Below are positions 62,742 to 64,000 of a stretch of 64,000 nucleotides of DNA, one piece after another; within the stretch, counting starts at the first letter, position 1; every line of letters begins with the position of its first letter. The notes beneath the pieces are model-generated. The model saw only the letters and a program-made list of their open reading frames with translations, did no database searches and was not told the DNA's origin. This DNA is from Gekko japonicus. Its lineage: Eukaryota. Made by a program: the position numbers and the translations under genes. Location: NCBI RefSeq assembly GCF_001447785.1, contig NW_015163641.1:39699-103698 (forward strand). Direction: 5' to 3'.

Positions 62742-63311
62742 TGTGTGTGTTTGTGTGCTTGCCTGGAAGTCATGGTGACTTCTGGCGACCCCTACTGGGT
62801 GGCTGCGGAGGCTCAAGTGGTTAAGACGCTGAACTGCAGGCTGTGGAAGGTCAGTAGTTCAGCAGTTCGAGACCTGGGTGCCGCATGACGGAGTGAGCTC
62901 CCGTCTCTAGTTCCAGATCCTGCCAATCTAGCAGTTCGAAAGCAAGAAATTGCAAGTAGATAAATAGGTACCACTTTGGTGGGAAGGTAACAGCATTCCG
63001 TGCGCCTTGGTGTTTAGTCATGCCGGCCACATGACCACAGAAATGTCTTCGGACAGCGTTGGCTCTTCAGCTTTGAAACGGAGATGAGCACCACAACCCT
63101 AGAGTCGGATTCGACTGGCTTTCGAGCAAGGGAACCTTTACCTTTACTGGGGGCTTGGACATTTTTCAGAGAGGTGGCTTGATTAGCCTGCCTCTGCATC
63201 CCACCTCTGGTGTTCCTTGAAGGTCATCCTTCCAAGTACTTGTCAGAGTGAACTCTGTATAGCTTCCGAGATCTGACAAGATCGGGCTTGCCTGGGCTAT
63301 CCAGGTCAGGA
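62742..63311 (-). mobile_element. 5S-derived SINE hosting a Sauria SINE
   Basis: Reverse complement GCCCGATCTTGTCAGATCTCGGAAGCTA 5S head at ~63260-63290; (CA)n tail at ~62742. Confidence 0.8.
62800..63144 (+). mobile_element. Full-length Sauria SINE
   Basis: tRNA-like head with GTTCGAGACC B box, ACCTTTACCTTT tail, TSD TACTGGG. Confidence 0.92.
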
Positions 63312-64000
63312 CTATAAAGATCTGTGTCGTGGAGTATATTTACTTTTGCAGAAACATCCTTGTCAAAATAATGTCATGTTTTGCTCATCTCTAAGATCTT
63401 TTCCCCCCCACATGATGATGGAAACTATCTTCAGAAGTCTTCATGTTTCTTGAAATGCACCTCATCCAGACATTGTTCATGTTTTGCACGGATAAACCAA
63501 TTCTCTATTATCAATTAAGCCACTGAACGAAAATGTAGAAGACCACTGATTAATTAAAATGACTATGTTCATGGAAACAGTTTTTGGGAACAAATTGTTG
63601 ATGAGCCCTTTCATCACAGCAATGTATATTCAAGGATGTGGTTTCTCTGAGGTTCCTTAGATAACAACAACAGGGGCTAGCAGCAAGCAAAATGTACATT
63701 TAAAACAAAATCCAAGAGGTAGAAATCCCATCAGATATGACTTTGGTGGAGCCATCCATGTTTTCTCCATTTCTTTGCTCTTGGATAGTAAGAATTGTCT
63801 ATTGATCTAGGCACAATTCATCCTGCTTTCTGCCACCAGGTTGCCTTTGCAGGGATACCAGACTCTTGGCCCTGGGTCAGGTCTGGGATGTCCTCCTGTC
63901 TCCGGCTTGTACTTAGTGGACTGGTTGATCCAGCAAGGCAGGCTTCCCAGGTCTCGGCTTAAGTAGGCTGAGAGGTAATGGAACCCAGCTGCGCTTCTGG

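Noticed and set aside
63180-63311. 5S rRNA-like sequences (also 5900-6010, 7790-7880, 35170-35280, 52140-52240)
   Set aside because: Diverged heads of 5S-derived SINEs lacking a full 5S gene and terminator.

Overview
Vertebrate genomic DNA, almost certainly a squamate and most likely a gecko. The evidence is Sauria SINE, 5S-derived and MIR-like (Squam3-type) SINEs with CTT tails, BovB/RTE, CR1 and L2 LINEs. It comes from a gapped draft assembly (N-runs at 21888-22708, 54659-54676, 56107-56624). I cannot support any host protein-coding gene: the window reads as intron or gene desert, with dense transposable elements separated by AT-rich unique blocks that look like conserved non-coding elements. 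Nearly all supplied ORFs are TE fragments or chance ORFs in GC-rich repeats. The most notable structures are: (1) an L1-type element with only ORF1 followed directly by a 3' UTR, poly(A) signal and A-rich tail (HAL1/'half-L1'-like; ~55167-56800, minus); (2) a 5.8-kb PIF/Harbinger-like element bounded by TIRs and a TTA TSD (54501-60312) that encloses it and shares ends with ~85-bp MITEs elsewhere; (3) a 1.4-kb non-autonomous Helitron with an internal GC-rich higher-order repeat (16090-17496, minus); (4) several hAT MITE families with 8-bp TSDs carrying octamer/TAATGARAT-like or ETS-CRE-like motifs; (5) three or four solo LTRs; (6) several near-identical tandem duplications, probably uncollapsed haplotypes, one of which may record a polymorphic MITE insertion. 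Family names come from recognition by eye, not database searches.
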